From an uncultured Bifidobacterium sp. (GTDB lineage Bacteria > Verrucomicrobiota > Verrucomicrobiia > Limisphaerales > JADLHS01), in assembly GCA_964429665.1 (NCBI GenBank), contig CAYSDO010000001.1, forward strand, positions 1-56,877: a stretch of DNA of 56,877 nt, given 5' to 3'. A model generated the notes under the pieces. It was not told where the DNA came from. It did not search any database and saw only the letters and a list, made by a program, of their open reading frames with translations. A program made the position numbers and the translations under genes. This document shows, piece by piece, positions 33,248-42,145 of this stretch (position 1 is its first letter; every line of letters starts with the position of its first letter).

Positions 33248-34339
33248 TCAATTCGACTTCATCAGTAGTCCGAGCCAGTCATGTTTCACACCGTAGCAGA
33301 TTGCCCAAATAATCGCGGCGATAAGCAGCAGCACACCCGCGAGTGTCCGACGGGCCTTAGCACGATCAGGCTGTTCCCAATACCACGCAATCCAGACACT
33401 GATCTCATAAAGACCGTACAGCGGCACCGCCATCATCACCTGGGTGATGACCTCGGGAGTAGTCAGGAAACCGCCAAGCACCAGCACAATGACAATCATG
33501 TACCGCCACATCTTTCTCAACGTGGTGTAATTCAGTACTCCAAGCTTTACGAGTGTCAGCAGCACAACGGGAAGTTCAAACCCGAGTCCCATGCCAAGCA
33601 TGAATTTGCAGACAAAGCTGATGTAATCCTCCGCACGCCACTGGTAGGCACCAAACCCGAGCCACTGCGAATAAATCTGCGATGCCGAAAGCGCAACCGG
33701 CATCAGAAGGAAATAACAGAAGCAAACTCCGCTGAGAAAAAGTCCGCCTCCAAAGAGAATCCCCCGATGCACATACTTTTTCTCACGCATTCTCAACGCA
33801 GGAAAAACAAAGGAGATGACAAAATAGAAAATGAACGGAGCGGCCATCACCATGCCTCCATAGAATGCGACCTGAAAAGCCACAAAGAATCCACCCGCAG
33901 GACTGAGGTTGATGAGGTCAATCTTGAGCTTGCCAGCGCTTGTGGCGGCTTCAGGATCGGGATTGATCCGCCAGCCGATGACTCGATTGGTCCCGATTAT
34001 AGTCGGCTCGATGTTTACCGCCACGAATCGGTTGGTTCCCAGATCGAGCGATTCCTGTTCTTCGGGAGTCAGGTGAATTGTGCCGAGACGGTTCGTTCCG
34101 TAGCTGACCGTGACAACCTGGTTTGTGCCGGGGTACCTGACCTTGGCTTGTTCAAGCGGCCACTTGAGCACCCCGACGACGTGGTTGCCTGCCACAAGGC
34201 AGAGCAGCATCGCCACGCTCAACGACACCACGCTCTTGATCAGGACCCATCGCAGGTCCTCAAGATGATCGAGAAACGATTTTACAGGTCCGCCTTCGGA
34301 CTCGTCATCGGGGCGTTCCGCCTCGGTATCATCGACCAT
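33248..34339 (-). CDS. tatC: Sec-independent translocase TatC with an enlarged first periplasmic loop
   Basis: 'SFLDHLEDLRWVLIKS', 'FPALRMREKKY' and 'LTTPEVITQVMMAVPLYGLYE'. It is 363 aa, compared with about 250-260 aa for a typical TatC. Confidence 0.85.
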   Translation of the reverse strand: MVDDTEAERPDDESEGGPVKSFLDHLEDLRWVLIKSVVSLSVAMLLCLVAGNHVVGVLKWPLEQAKVRYPGTNQVVTVSYGTNRLGTIHLTPEEQESLDLGTNRFVAVNIEPTIIGTNRVIGWRINPDPEAATSAGKLKIDLINLSPAGGFFVAFQVAFYGGMVMAAPFIFYFVISFVFPALRMREKKYVHRGILFGGGLFLSGVCFCYFLLMPVALSASQIYSQWLGFGAYQWRAEDYISFVCKFMLGMGLGFELPVVLLTLVKLGVLNYTTLRKMWRYMIVIVLVLGGFLTTPEVITQVMMAVPLYGLYEISVWIAWYWEQPDRAKARRTLAGVLLLIAAIIWAICYGVKHDWLGLLMKSN

Positions 34340-34360
34340 GACTAGGTGGGATCAGCTGAG

Positions 34361-34642
34361 TCAGGCCTTTGGAGCGCCGGACGATTCAGCATGAGTGGAA
34401 GCGGGAGCGGATTGCTGCGCCTGTACACTTTCTGGCGGCAACTTGCGTTGCGGAGGAACATCGTCTGCGGCATTTTGAATTTCATCGGTCACTTCCCGGG
34501 TCGCCTTCTTGAACTCCTTGATGCCGGTACCAAGCCCTTTGGCCAGTTCAGGCAGTTTCTTGGCTCCAAACAAAATCAAAACGACCGCCAGGATCAAGAT
34601 GATCTCCCAGCCGCCCAGCATTCCTGCAAACATGATGTTCAT
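34361..34642 (-). CDS. tatA: Sec-independent translocase TatA/E
   Basis: '[38 protein letters not shown]'. Confidence 0.85.
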   Translation of the reverse strand: MNIMFAGMLGGWEIILILAVVLILFGAKKLPELAKGLGTGIKEFKKATREVTDEIQNAADDVPPQRKLPPESVQAQQSAPASTHAESSGAPKA

Positions 34643-34671
34643 AATATCTATTCCTAGCGTGTAAAGGTTAA

Positions 34672-34711
34672 GCCGGGGAGGACGCGGAGTAAAGCGCCAA
34701 AACTCCCCGGC
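34672..34711 (-). terminator. stem-loop between pal and tatA (weak terminator or attenuator candidate)
   Basis: GCCGGGGAG / CTCCCCGGC 9-bp arms with a 22-nt loop. Only a short T stretch follows on the minus strand. Confidence 0.3.
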
Positions 34712-34730
34712 TCAAATTGCTCAGAGTCCC

Positions 34731-35321
34731 TTATTTCGGGGTCAGCACGATGAATTCACCGCGTCGGTTTTGTGAGTAGGCGGATTCGTCGTGGCCTGTG
34801 GCGATCGGCTTGTCCTCGCCGAATGTGGCCGTGGTGATGCGATTTCCATCCGCGCCAGCGGCGATCAGCGCCTCGCGGGCGTTGGAGGCACGCTTTGATC
34901 CAAGCGAGCGGTTGTATTCTTCCGTGCCACGTTCGTCACAGTGACCTTCCACAATCAGTCTCTCCCCAGTGTGGCTGCCGAGGTAGGCAGCCACGGCGGA
35001 GATGTTTCCTTGGTCGCCGGACTTCACCAGTGCGCTATCAAAGTCGAAATGAATGGTGTGCGCTGCCAGAATCTCCGGGTGTCGGACACCTTCGTTTGGA
35101 TCCCATGTAGGAAGCTCTGGGGTGGTTCGGTTTCCTCCTGTTGTTCCCGAACCGTCATTCAGTGTTCCACCCTTACCTAGTCCGTTGGGGTCACCGTCGC
35201 GGACTTTGAATTTGGACTCAGGAATGTTTGTAATGCCTACAGGTTTCTTTTTACATCCCGAGCCGACGATTGTGAGCGCCAGTGCGAGCACCAGCAGTGT
35301 TGCGAGTTTTGTTGCTTTCAT
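34731..35321 (-). CDS. pal: peptidoglycan-associated lipoprotein (OmpA-like)
   Basis: Lipobox 'IVGSGC'. OmpA-C motif 'LIVEGHCDERGTEEYNRSLGSKRASNAREAL'. Start taken at 'MKATKLATL'. Confidence 0.85.
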   Translation of the reverse strand: MKATKLATLLVLALALTIVGSGCKKKPVGITNIPESKFKVRDGDPNGLGKGGTLNDGSGTTGGNRTTPELPTWDPNEGVRHPEILAAHTIHFDFDSALVKSGDQGNISAVAAYLGSHTGERLIVEGHCDERGTEEYNRSLGSKRASNAREALIAAGADGNRITTATFGEDKPIATGHDESAYSQNRRGEFIVLTPK

Positions 35322-35346
35322 GTGTGTTGAACTTTCTTGGGAAGGG

Positions 35347-36522
35347 CTATTTCGCCCAACTGGGTTGTGAGTTGCTTCCCGAAATCCGGGAAATATCTTT
35401 GGTCTGTTTCGTCGGCACGTCAAGCATGGATAACCGTCGTCCGTCACCGCTGCGTCGCGCGTAGATCACCGTGCGCGAGTTTGGCCCCCATGATGGATCC
35501 TCTCCTGCAACCAACGGCGTGGCCGCTCCCCCTTTGGCCGGCACAACGCAGATGTCAAACGACCTTGTCTGTGATGTGAACACGATCCACTCTCCATCCG
35601 GCGACCAGTCCGGCTCGGTGGGATTGGGCACGCCGCCGACTGAAATCTGCTGGGGCGAACCTCCCGCAGCGGATATTTTCCAGAGCAACCGGCGATTGTC
35701 CTTCTTGCCTGCGAAACAAATTGTATCTCCCTTCGGTGACCAGCACGGCGACGACGCGAGCATCGGCGCTTTCGTCAACTGCCGCACCCCGCTGCCGTCC
35801 ATGTTGGCAACGCACAGATCGGGATTGCCATTGAAGTCCATGATCAACGCCACCTTTGACCCGTCCGGCGAGACGACAGGGCTGATGTTCGATCCCGGTT
35901 TGCGCGCGACCACGGAACGGCTGCCACTGCCGAGGTCGTGATTGAGAATCTGCGACGGTCCGCTCTTCTGCGACATGTAAACCAATGCGAGCCTGCCCGG
36001 AACCCATGCTGGAGCTGCCACGATGGAGTTGTCGTGAGTAATGACCTGCCGGTTCGCACCATCAAAATCCGCCACGGCAATTTCACTCTGCAGGCCGGAG
36101 CCGGTCTTGAAAGCAATCCGGGAACGGCCGATACCCTTGCGGCCAAGAGCCTGAAGAAAGTCATCCACAAACACGTGCGCCAGCCGTCGGATGTTGGCGT
36201 CGGTATAGGTCTTGTTGATCTTGTATTCCTTGGTGATGCGATCCTGCGCGCGGGCGGTCAGGCTGCCATTGTTGTTGCCGGTCAGAATAAATTGCGCCGC
36301 CTCGGGCGTGGTGAAGGTGAAACCCTGCACGTAGAGATCGAACTTGATCACTTCCTCCGCCTCGCCGGTGAAGCCGGAGATGGAGACGGGAATGGGGGGT
36401 TCAAAGAGTTTTCCTCCCACACCAGGAACGTAAATTGTTTCGGCAGCGCCTTTTGAGACTATCAAGATTGAAGCACAGAGGCAGAGCGAGAATCGAAATT
36501 GGAAAATAATTCGTGAGATCAT
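35347..36522 (-). CDS. tolB: TolB-like periplasmic beta-propeller protein
   Basis: Repeated 'SP.WSPDG..I.F' type blades ('PVVSPDGSKVAL', 'SPCWSPKGDTICF', 'EPDWSPDGEWIVF'). Located in the tol-pal operon. Confidence 0.8.
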   Translation of the reverse strand: MISRIIFQFRFSLCLCASILIVSKGAAETIYVPGVGGKLFEPPIPVSISGFTGEAEEVIKFDLYVQGFTFTTPEAAQFILTGNNNGSLTARAQDRITKEYKINKTYTDANIRRLAHVFVDDFLQALGRKGIGRSRIAFKTGSGLQSEIAVADFDGANRQVITHDNSIVAAPAWVPGRLALVYMSQKSGPSQILNHDLGSGSRSVVARKPGSNISPVVSPDGSKVALIMDFNGNPDLCVANMDGSGVRQLTKAPMLASSPCWSPKGDTICFAGKKDNRRLLWKISAAGGSPQQISVGGVPNPTEPDWSPDGEWIVFTSQTRSFDICVVPAKGGAATPLVAGEDPSWGPNSRTVIYARRSGDGRRLSMLDVPTKQTKDISRISGSNSQPSWAK

Positions 36523-37421
36523 CCGAGTCCTTGTTTTGGTGTCAGGTCAAAAATAATGTCGAGTGTGCGTTGGGAATCCTTTGCGCCTTCAGGGAAAGGC
36601 CGGAGCGTTGTCACCGAGTCCAGCACACCCTGAACAAGCTTGTTCAATGCGGCGTTCCTGGATGGTTTCGTAATCTTTGCTGAAATGACAGAACCATTCC
36701 TGGCAATGGTAATGCTGGCCTCAACAGAGGTCTGGTCCTCGGCAATATTCCCGGCAGAGGATAGTGCGAGGTCGTAACGCTGCTTGTAGATTCGCTGAAT
36801 CTCAGCGTTGTAGCTCGCATAAGTTGGCCCGCCGCCACCCGGTCCGCGCATCTCAATGGAAGTGCTTCCTGACATGCTGCTGCGGATGCCTTTCGCAGCG
36901 CCCTTGAGTGCTTCTACGGCTTTTGCCAGCTCCTTGTCTGCGTTGGAATCGGAATTGGCGGTTCTGTTTGCGTTCTGGGGTTTTGGCTTCGTCGTGGAGT
37001 TGATTTTGACCTCGGTGAGATCAACCTTCACCGTATGCTTCGGTTTTGGAGGCGTTGGTTCAACCGCTTCGTCTGCTTCTTCCTGCTTTTGCTTTGGCGG
37101 CGGTTTGACCGCTGACTTTACAGGTTCAACTTCTTTCTCAATCTGTTTCGGTTCCGGATCCTTAATCGGCGGGTCGGGCAATTTGGGAGTCGGCGGTGGT
37201 TCATTCCTCTGTAGCGGCGGCGCGGCTTGGCCTCCTTTGGGGCTGCCGCCACCTTGCAACGCTTCGTCAATAAGAATGGCCGGGACAAAATCAATCTCCT
37301 GGGTCTTTTCGCGCTTCGAGTCTGGCGAGAAGAAGGCCGGCCCAACGACCAGAATCAGCATCAGCAACAAGTGAACGCTTGTCGCGGCGATGAAACATTT
37401 TTTCTGGAGGCGATTGCTCAT
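36519..37421 (-). CDS. TolA/TonB-like energy-transducer protein
   Basis: N-terminal TM helix, a Pro/Lys/Glu-rich linker and a TonB-C-like end ('SVEASITIARNGSVISAKITKPSRNAALNKLV'). ATGA overlaps on both sides. Confidence 0.7.
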   Translation of the reverse strand: MSNRLQKKCFIAATSVHLLLMLILVVGPAFFSPDSKREKTQEIDFVPAILIDEALQGGGSPKGGQAAPPLQRNEPPPTPKLPDPPIKDPEPKQIEKEVEPVKSAVKPPPKQKQEEADEAVEPTPPKPKHTVKVDLTEVKINSTTKPKPQNANRTANSDSNADKELAKAVEALKGAAKGIRSSMSGSTSIEMRGPGGGGPTYASYNAEIQRIYKQRYDLALSSAGNIAEDQTSVEASITIARNGSVISAKITKPSRNAALNKLVQGVLDSVTTLRPFPEGAKDSQRTLDIIFDLTPKQGLG

Positions 37422-37840
37422 CGGTTGCCCGGTGGTGAGGTACGAATGGAGTATTTGGAAATTCCCTTTTGCGTGCAGGCATCAGCCAGCGCCACAAAAT
37501 CCCTCATCTTGCTGTCTTGATCCGCGCGGATGTAGATGATCAGATTTGGATTCGAGCGAAAATCCTGAACAAGCTGCCCGACGAGTTCGTTGAGTTTCAA
37601 AGTGCGTTTGTTCATTGCGTATTCGCCGCGCGGGCTGATGTCCACGGTACGAATGTCAGCCTTGTTGAAGGGTTTCTCAGAGGAACCTCTTCCTGTCGGT
37701 AGTTTCAAATCCAGACCCTTCTCAAGCAGCGGCGTCGTAATGACGAAGATGATCAACAACACGAACGCCAGGTCCAGCAGCGGCGTGATGTTGATCTCGC
37801 TCAACGTCACCAGATGACTTCGTTGTGAGAATCGGCGCAT
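37418..37840 (-). CDS. tolR: ExbD/TolR biopolymer transport protein
   Basis: 'EINITPLLDLAFVLLIIFVI' and 'IYIRADQDSKMRDFVALADA'. Confidence 0.85.
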   Translation of the reverse strand: MRRFSQRSHLVTLSEINITPLLDLAFVLLIIFVITTPLLEKGLDLKLPTGRGSSEKPFNKADIRTVDISPRGEYAMNKRTLKLNELVGQLVQDFRSNPNLIIYIRADQDSKMRDFVALADACTQKGISKYSIRTSPPGNR

Positions 37841-37848
37841 AGCTTGGG

Positions 37849-37901
37849 GTGTCAGGCGCGAAGTGTCAGGTGTTCAAGTTCTCGAACCTGACACCTGACA
37901 C
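37849..37901. repeat. palindromic array of GTGTCAGG / CCTGACAC units
   Basis: GTGTCAGG at 37849 and 37863. CCTGACAC at 37887 and 37894. The core GTGTCAGGTG (37863-37872) and CACCTGACAC (37892-37901) form 10-bp arms. The array lies between tolQ and tolR. Confidence 0.6.
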
Positions 37902-37921
37902 TCCGAACCTCGCACGCAACA

Positions 37922-38659
37922 TTATTCATCTTTCAGATATTCCGTCTCCATCTTGGAAACGAGTTCCTGCGCAAAATTGTCCAGTTCGACCGTCAGGACG
38001 CGCAGGTTATGAACAAGCCAGTTGTAACCAAACATGGACGGTATCGCCACGAGCAGGCCGGCAACAGTCGTGATCAGCGCCGCCGAGACACCAGGCGCCA
38101 TGACTTGCAATGATGCGGTGCCGGATGGCGAATTCGCAATGCCTGCAAATGTACTCATTACGCCCCACACCGTACCAAGCAACCCAAGAAAAGGCCCGCC
38201 GCTCACCGCGATGGCGAGCAGAATCAGACCGGACTCAAGTTTCAAGGATTCCTGCGCCACGGTATTTTCGATGCCCCGTTTGATGTGCTCGACGCCTTTG
38301 AGCGTCACATGTTTCTTGCGTCCGCCGTCCGGCATTTTCAATCGGGCGTCCAGTTCCAGGCTGCCCACCTGATAAACCGCAAAGTGCGGACATCCGTCTG
38401 CCTGGATGCGGCGATCAAACATGTCGAGCACGGCTTTCTGCGTTTTGAATTCGGCGGTGAAGAATTGGTTGAGCTTTTTGGCGCGCCGCATCTGGATGGC
38501 TTTATAAACCATCACCGACCACGCGACGATCGAGATCAGAAGCAAAATGACGATGATCACCTGGGCTTCCGGCCTGGCGTTGCGTAAAACGTAAAGGATT
38601 TCCGCCTCCTGCGACGCGGTTCCCCCGACGGCAAAAAAGTACAGTTCTTGCATGTTCAT
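37922..38659 (-). CDS. tolQ: MotA/TolQ/ExbB proton channel protein
   Basis: 'LAIAVSGGPFLGLLGTVWGVMSTF' and 'ALITTVAGLLVAIPSMFGYN'. Confidence 0.85.
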   Translation of the reverse strand: MNMQELYFFAVGGTASQEAEILYVLRNARPEAQVIIVILLLISIVAWSVMVYKAIQMRRAKKLNQFFTAEFKTQKAVLDMFDRRIQADGCPHFAVYQVGSLELDARLKMPDGGRKKHVTLKGVEHIKRGIENTVAQESLKLESGLILLAIAVSGGPFLGLLGTVWGVMSTFAGIANSPSGTASLQVMAPGVSAALITTVAGLLVAIPSMFGYNWLVHNLRVLTVELDNFAQELVSKMETEYLKDE

Positions 38660-38914
38660 GTGAAATCAACCCGGACGTGAGGAACCGTGGTCGTCCAAGC
38701 TGCTGCGGGTCTGGCACAACTTCGACGCATTATGCGGCGGTGCGTTCAATAATTGCAAAAGCTTTTTTTGAAAAGTTGTTCGCACCTCCGCAAACGCCGA
38801 CCGTAGGGTCCGCGAGCCCCTCGTCCTGAAAAGGGCCGCGCGGTCGCAAAGGCCGCGCTCCGGGGCGAAACGGTTCCTTGAATTTCTTCCCGTTGCACCA
38901 TTCCATGTCGGCGG

Positions 38915-39715
38915 ATGATCCGGGTGTTTTGGTCAGCATGGGAGCCCGTCACGCCAAGGGGCGTGGCCGCATTCGCACGCGCCAACGTCCGACGGCTCTG
39001 GTTCGTGCAATTCGTCATGGCGTGCATTGTGGCGGCATCCGTCGTGTGGTGGCTGCACCTTGGCGTGTTTCCTACAGTGAGTGCGGCGGTTGAAAAACTC
39101 CCGGATACCGGCGTCATCCGCAACGCAACGCTTGATTGGAATGCACAAGACCCGATGCCGCTGGCGGAAGGAAAGTTTCTGGCGGTGGCCGTGGACCTGA
39201 GCCATGACGGCGGCGCACGGTCGCCCGCAGATTTTCAAGTCGAGTTTGGACACGACGGGTTCAATGTCTGTTCACTGTTCGGTTGTGCTGAGTTTTCCTA
39301 TCCGAAAGGCTGGTGGATTGCGTTCAATCGTACGGAGGTTTTGCCAAAATGGGGCGCGTGGGAGAAACCCGCGCTGGGTCTGGCCGCCGCCGCAGTTGTT
39401 GTAGGGTTGATGCTGACCTGGCAGATTCTGGCAACGCTTTACATGTTTCCCGTGTGGCTGCTTGGATATTTTGCCAACCGGCGCCTGACAATTGGCGGAA
39501 GCTGGAAGCTCGCAGGCGCAGCGATGATGCCCGGAGCATTCGTGATGTTTGCCGCCATCCTGCTTTACGAACGACGCGCGCTCGATTTGTTGCCGATGAC
39601 CTTTGCGTTCGCAGGCCATCTCGTGCTTGGCTGGATCTATCTGCTCATCAGTCCGTGGTTTGTTCCACCAGTTGTCGAAGCAGTGGAGGCGGCAAAGAAT
39701 CCGTTTACCAAGTAA
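38915..39715 (+). CDS. hypothetical membrane protein
   Basis: One N-terminal TM helix, a soluble segment of about 100 aa, then three to four TM helices. I recognise no family. Confidence 0.5.
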   Translation: MIRVFWSAWEPVTPRGVAAFARANVRRLWFVQFVMACIVAASVVWWLHLGVFPTVSAAVEKLPDTGVIRNATLDWNAQDPMPLAEGKFLAVAVDLSHDGGARSPADFQVEFGHDGFNVCSLFGCAEFSYPKGWWIAFNRTEVLPKWGAWEKPALGLAAAAVVVGLMLTWQILATLYMFPVWLLGYFANRRLTIGGSWKLAGAAMMPGAFVMFAAILLYERRALDLLPMTFAFAGHLVLGWIYLLISPWFVPPVVEAVEAAKNPFTK

Positions 39716-39729
39716 CAATCAAGCACCGC

Positions 39730-41289
39730 CTATTGACCCGTCTTCATCTCCACCACGTCATGCGGCGTGGCTTCCTTCATGCCAGCGGCGCTGACGCGGA
39801 TGAATCGCGCCTTCTCACGTAATTGCTGAAGATTCGCCGCGCCGAGATAACCCATGCCGGATTGAATGCCGCCGATGAGCTGCCCGAGCACACGATCCAC
39901 CGAGCCCACCACTTCCTTCAACGCTTCGATGCCTTCTGCAGCAACTTTCTGCGTGGGATTCCTGTCGTGACCATAACGCGCCGCACTGCCGGCTTTCATC
40001 GCCGCCAGACTACCCATGCCACGGTATTGCTTGTAGAGTTTTCCCCCGATCTCCATCACATCGCCCGGCGCTTCAACACAACCGGCAAAAATCCCCCCGC
40101 AGATCACGGCGTTCGACAGCGTCAATGCTTTCACGATGTCGCCGGACTTGGTGATGCCGCCATCCGCCAGAATCGTCACGCCCTTCTTCGCCGCCATGCG
40201 CGAGCAAATGAACAGCGCTGTGAGCTGCGGAATACCCACTCCAGCGACGATGCGCGTGGTGCAGATGGAGCCCGGTCCCTGACCAATCTTGATCGAGTTC
40301 GCGCCACAGTCCGCCAGATATTCCACGCCCGCCGCGCTGGTCACGTTACCGGCTATGATCGGCAGTTTCGGAAACGCGTCGCGTAACATCTTCACCGTTT
40401 CACCCACGCCCTTGCTGTGACCGTGCGCCGTGGAAACTGCGACGCAATCCACTCCGCGCTCCACCAAACCCCCGACATGCGTCAGAATGCGCTCGCGATC
40501 CAGCTCACCGAAAGCATTCCGGGTGGCGCTCACCGCCGCACCACAGACAAGACGGAAGTGCGAATCGCGCGCCGGCTTGAACTGCGCCTTGCGCTCCTGT
40601 TGGATGCGTTCGACGTCGTTCATCGTGAACAAACCGTGCAGTTGATCTCCATCATCCACGACGATGAGCTTGTGGATGCCGGGGCGCTCGGTGAAAAATT
40701 TGTCGGCGCGGGCGATGGGATCCTTGCCGAGTTCCTTCTTGTTGATTGTGTGGACCTGCGCGCGCGGCGTCATGGCTTCGGCGATTTTCCGTTTTGCATA
40801 ACGCGGCTTGACCACGTGACCGGAGAGCAGGCCGACTAGCCTTCCCTTCTCGTCCACGACGGGAAACGTGCTGAAACCAAACTTTCGCTCCTCGACCAGC
40901 TTCACAACGTCCCCGACGAACTGGTCAGCCGAAACCTTGATCGGATCGGACAACATTCCTGGGACGTGGTACTTCACGCGGCTGACCTCGGAGAGCTGCT
41001 GACGCTCCGGCATGTTGTAGTGGATGAGTCCAAGCCCGCCGTTGAGAGCCATGGCCGTGGCCATGCGCGATTCCGTCACGGTATCCATGTCTGAGGACAC
41101 CACGGGGATGTTCAGGAGCAAACCATCTGCGAGTTCGGTTTCGAGCTGGGTATCGCGCGGGAGGACTTCGGAGTAAAGCGTGGCGAGCGTGACATCGTCA
41201 AACGTGAGGCCGACACTTTTGTGCGACGGGAAGAAATCCTCCGCCGGCTGGTAAAATTGGGAATCAAGATTTCGCGATTGCGCTGCCAT
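39730..41289 (-). CDS. guaB: IMP dehydrogenase
   Basis: 'GLTFDDV', a CBS pair, catalytic loop '[14 protein letters not shown]' and '[11 protein letters not shown]'. Confidence 0.95.
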   Translation of the reverse strand: MAAQSRNLDSQFYQPAEDFFPSHKSVGLTFDDVTLATLYSEVLPRDTQLETELADGLLLNIPVVSSDMDTVTESRMATAMALNGGLGLIHYNMPERQQLSEVSRVKYHVPGMLSDPIKVSADQFVGDVVKLVEERKFGFSTFPVVDEKGRLVGLLSGHVVKPRYAKRKIAEAMTPRAQVHTINKKELGKDPIARADKFFTERPGIHKLIVVDDGDQLHGLFTMNDVERIQQERKAQFKPARDSHFRLVCGAAVSATRNAFGELDRERILTHVGGLVERGVDCVAVSTAHGHSKGVGETVKMLRDAFPKLPIIAGNVTSAAGVEYLADCGANSIKIGQGPGSICTTRIVAGVGIPQLTALFICSRMAAKKGVTILADGGITKSGDIVKALTLSNAVICGGIFAGCVEAPGDVMEIGGKLYKQYRGMGSLAAMKAGSAARYGHDRNPTQKVAAEGIEALKEVVGSVDRVLGQLIGGIQSGMGYLGAANLQQLREKARFIRVSAAGMKEATPHDVVEMKTGQ

Positions 41290-41385
41290 GTCGGAGGATG
41301 AAAAACGGAACGAAGGCTTGCAAGGCGAAAGCGGGTTGCGTTCACAGGTTGGGCGCTCGGTGAAGCAGCCTCAAAGCGGTCAAAC

Positions 41386-41497
41386 ATGAATAGCCGTGGG
41401 TAAAACCCACGGAGGGTCGGCGTTGGAATGTGCGACCGCTGCGGGGTCGAATGTATGTGTTCTGCGTCATCATGGGCTGACGCCCACGGCTATTCAT
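41386..41497. repeat. 112-nt element bounded by perfect 15-bp inverted repeats
   Basis: ATGAATAGCCGTGGG (41386-41400) and CCCACGGCTATTCAT (41483-41497). Inner hairpin CCGTGGG-taaaa-CCCACGG (41394-41412). Confidence 0.65.
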
Positions 41498-41651
41498 ATT
41501 CTGTCCCTCCGGGACATTTAAGGGCTGTGTCAGGTTTCATTTTTTGTCGCGTACCTATGCTCGACAAAAAGTACGTCCTGGTTAGTCTCTTCACATGAAC
41601 CCATATAGGCTGCAACGTTTGCAGCTAACTAACTGTTAGGCAGCGTCACGC

Positions 41652-42050
41652 ATGAAGCCCTGTTTCCTCAACGTGGACTTGGAGATTGTTTCCACATCTA
41701 AACTTGATTCGCTTGCCGCCGAGATGGGCGAGCGTGTATTTGTGCTGAAATCAGCGCCACCCAAGCCGAGGCGTTATGTGTTGGCGGTTGAGAGTGCACG
41801 TTTTAGTTCGCGTATGTCCAGAATTCCGGATGCGTTGGTTCATGCACTTTGTTCTGTGGTCGAGAGTTTGTCGCCGGCGTCGCGTCGCATCTGGCAAAGG
41901 GCACAGAAGACGTTTGATGTGGGTTACGAGTTGAGGCCGTCGGAGCGTTTCTCCCGGTTTTCAATCCGTCCAGACACGCTGGAGCGCGTTGCGAAGATTG
42001 GTGCGACTTTGACTGTAACTTATTATCGAGGTGATACCGATGCCGCCTAA
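41652..42050 (+). CDS. orphan hypothetical protein (132 aa)
   Basis: The ORF has A/T-rich third codon positions, unlike its neighbours. It is flanked by repeat-rich non-coding DNA. I have only a weak recollection of DUF4279-like two-lobe architecture ('LNVDLEIVS...', '...GATLTVTYY'). Confidence 0.4.
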   Translation: MKPCFLNVDLEIVSTSKLDSLAAEMGERVFVLKSAPPKPRRYVLAVESARFSSRMSRIPDALVHALCSVVESLSPASRRIWQRAQKTFDVGYELRPSERFSRFSIRPDTLERVAKIGATLTVTYYRGDTDAA

Positions 42051-42145
42051 TCAACATGGAGACGGGCTGCAAACACACCCAACTCTAAACCGTTTCGTTT
42101 CCTCAAAGTGCCTTTTTCTTTTCCGCGTCGAACGCTGTGTTTTGG

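Noticed and set aside
38834-38858. A GGCCGCGC direct repeat and GCGCGG/CCGCGC mini-hairpin in the tolQ upstream region.
   Set aside because: It is very short and GC-rich, so it is expected by chance in this composition. I did not list it as a feature.
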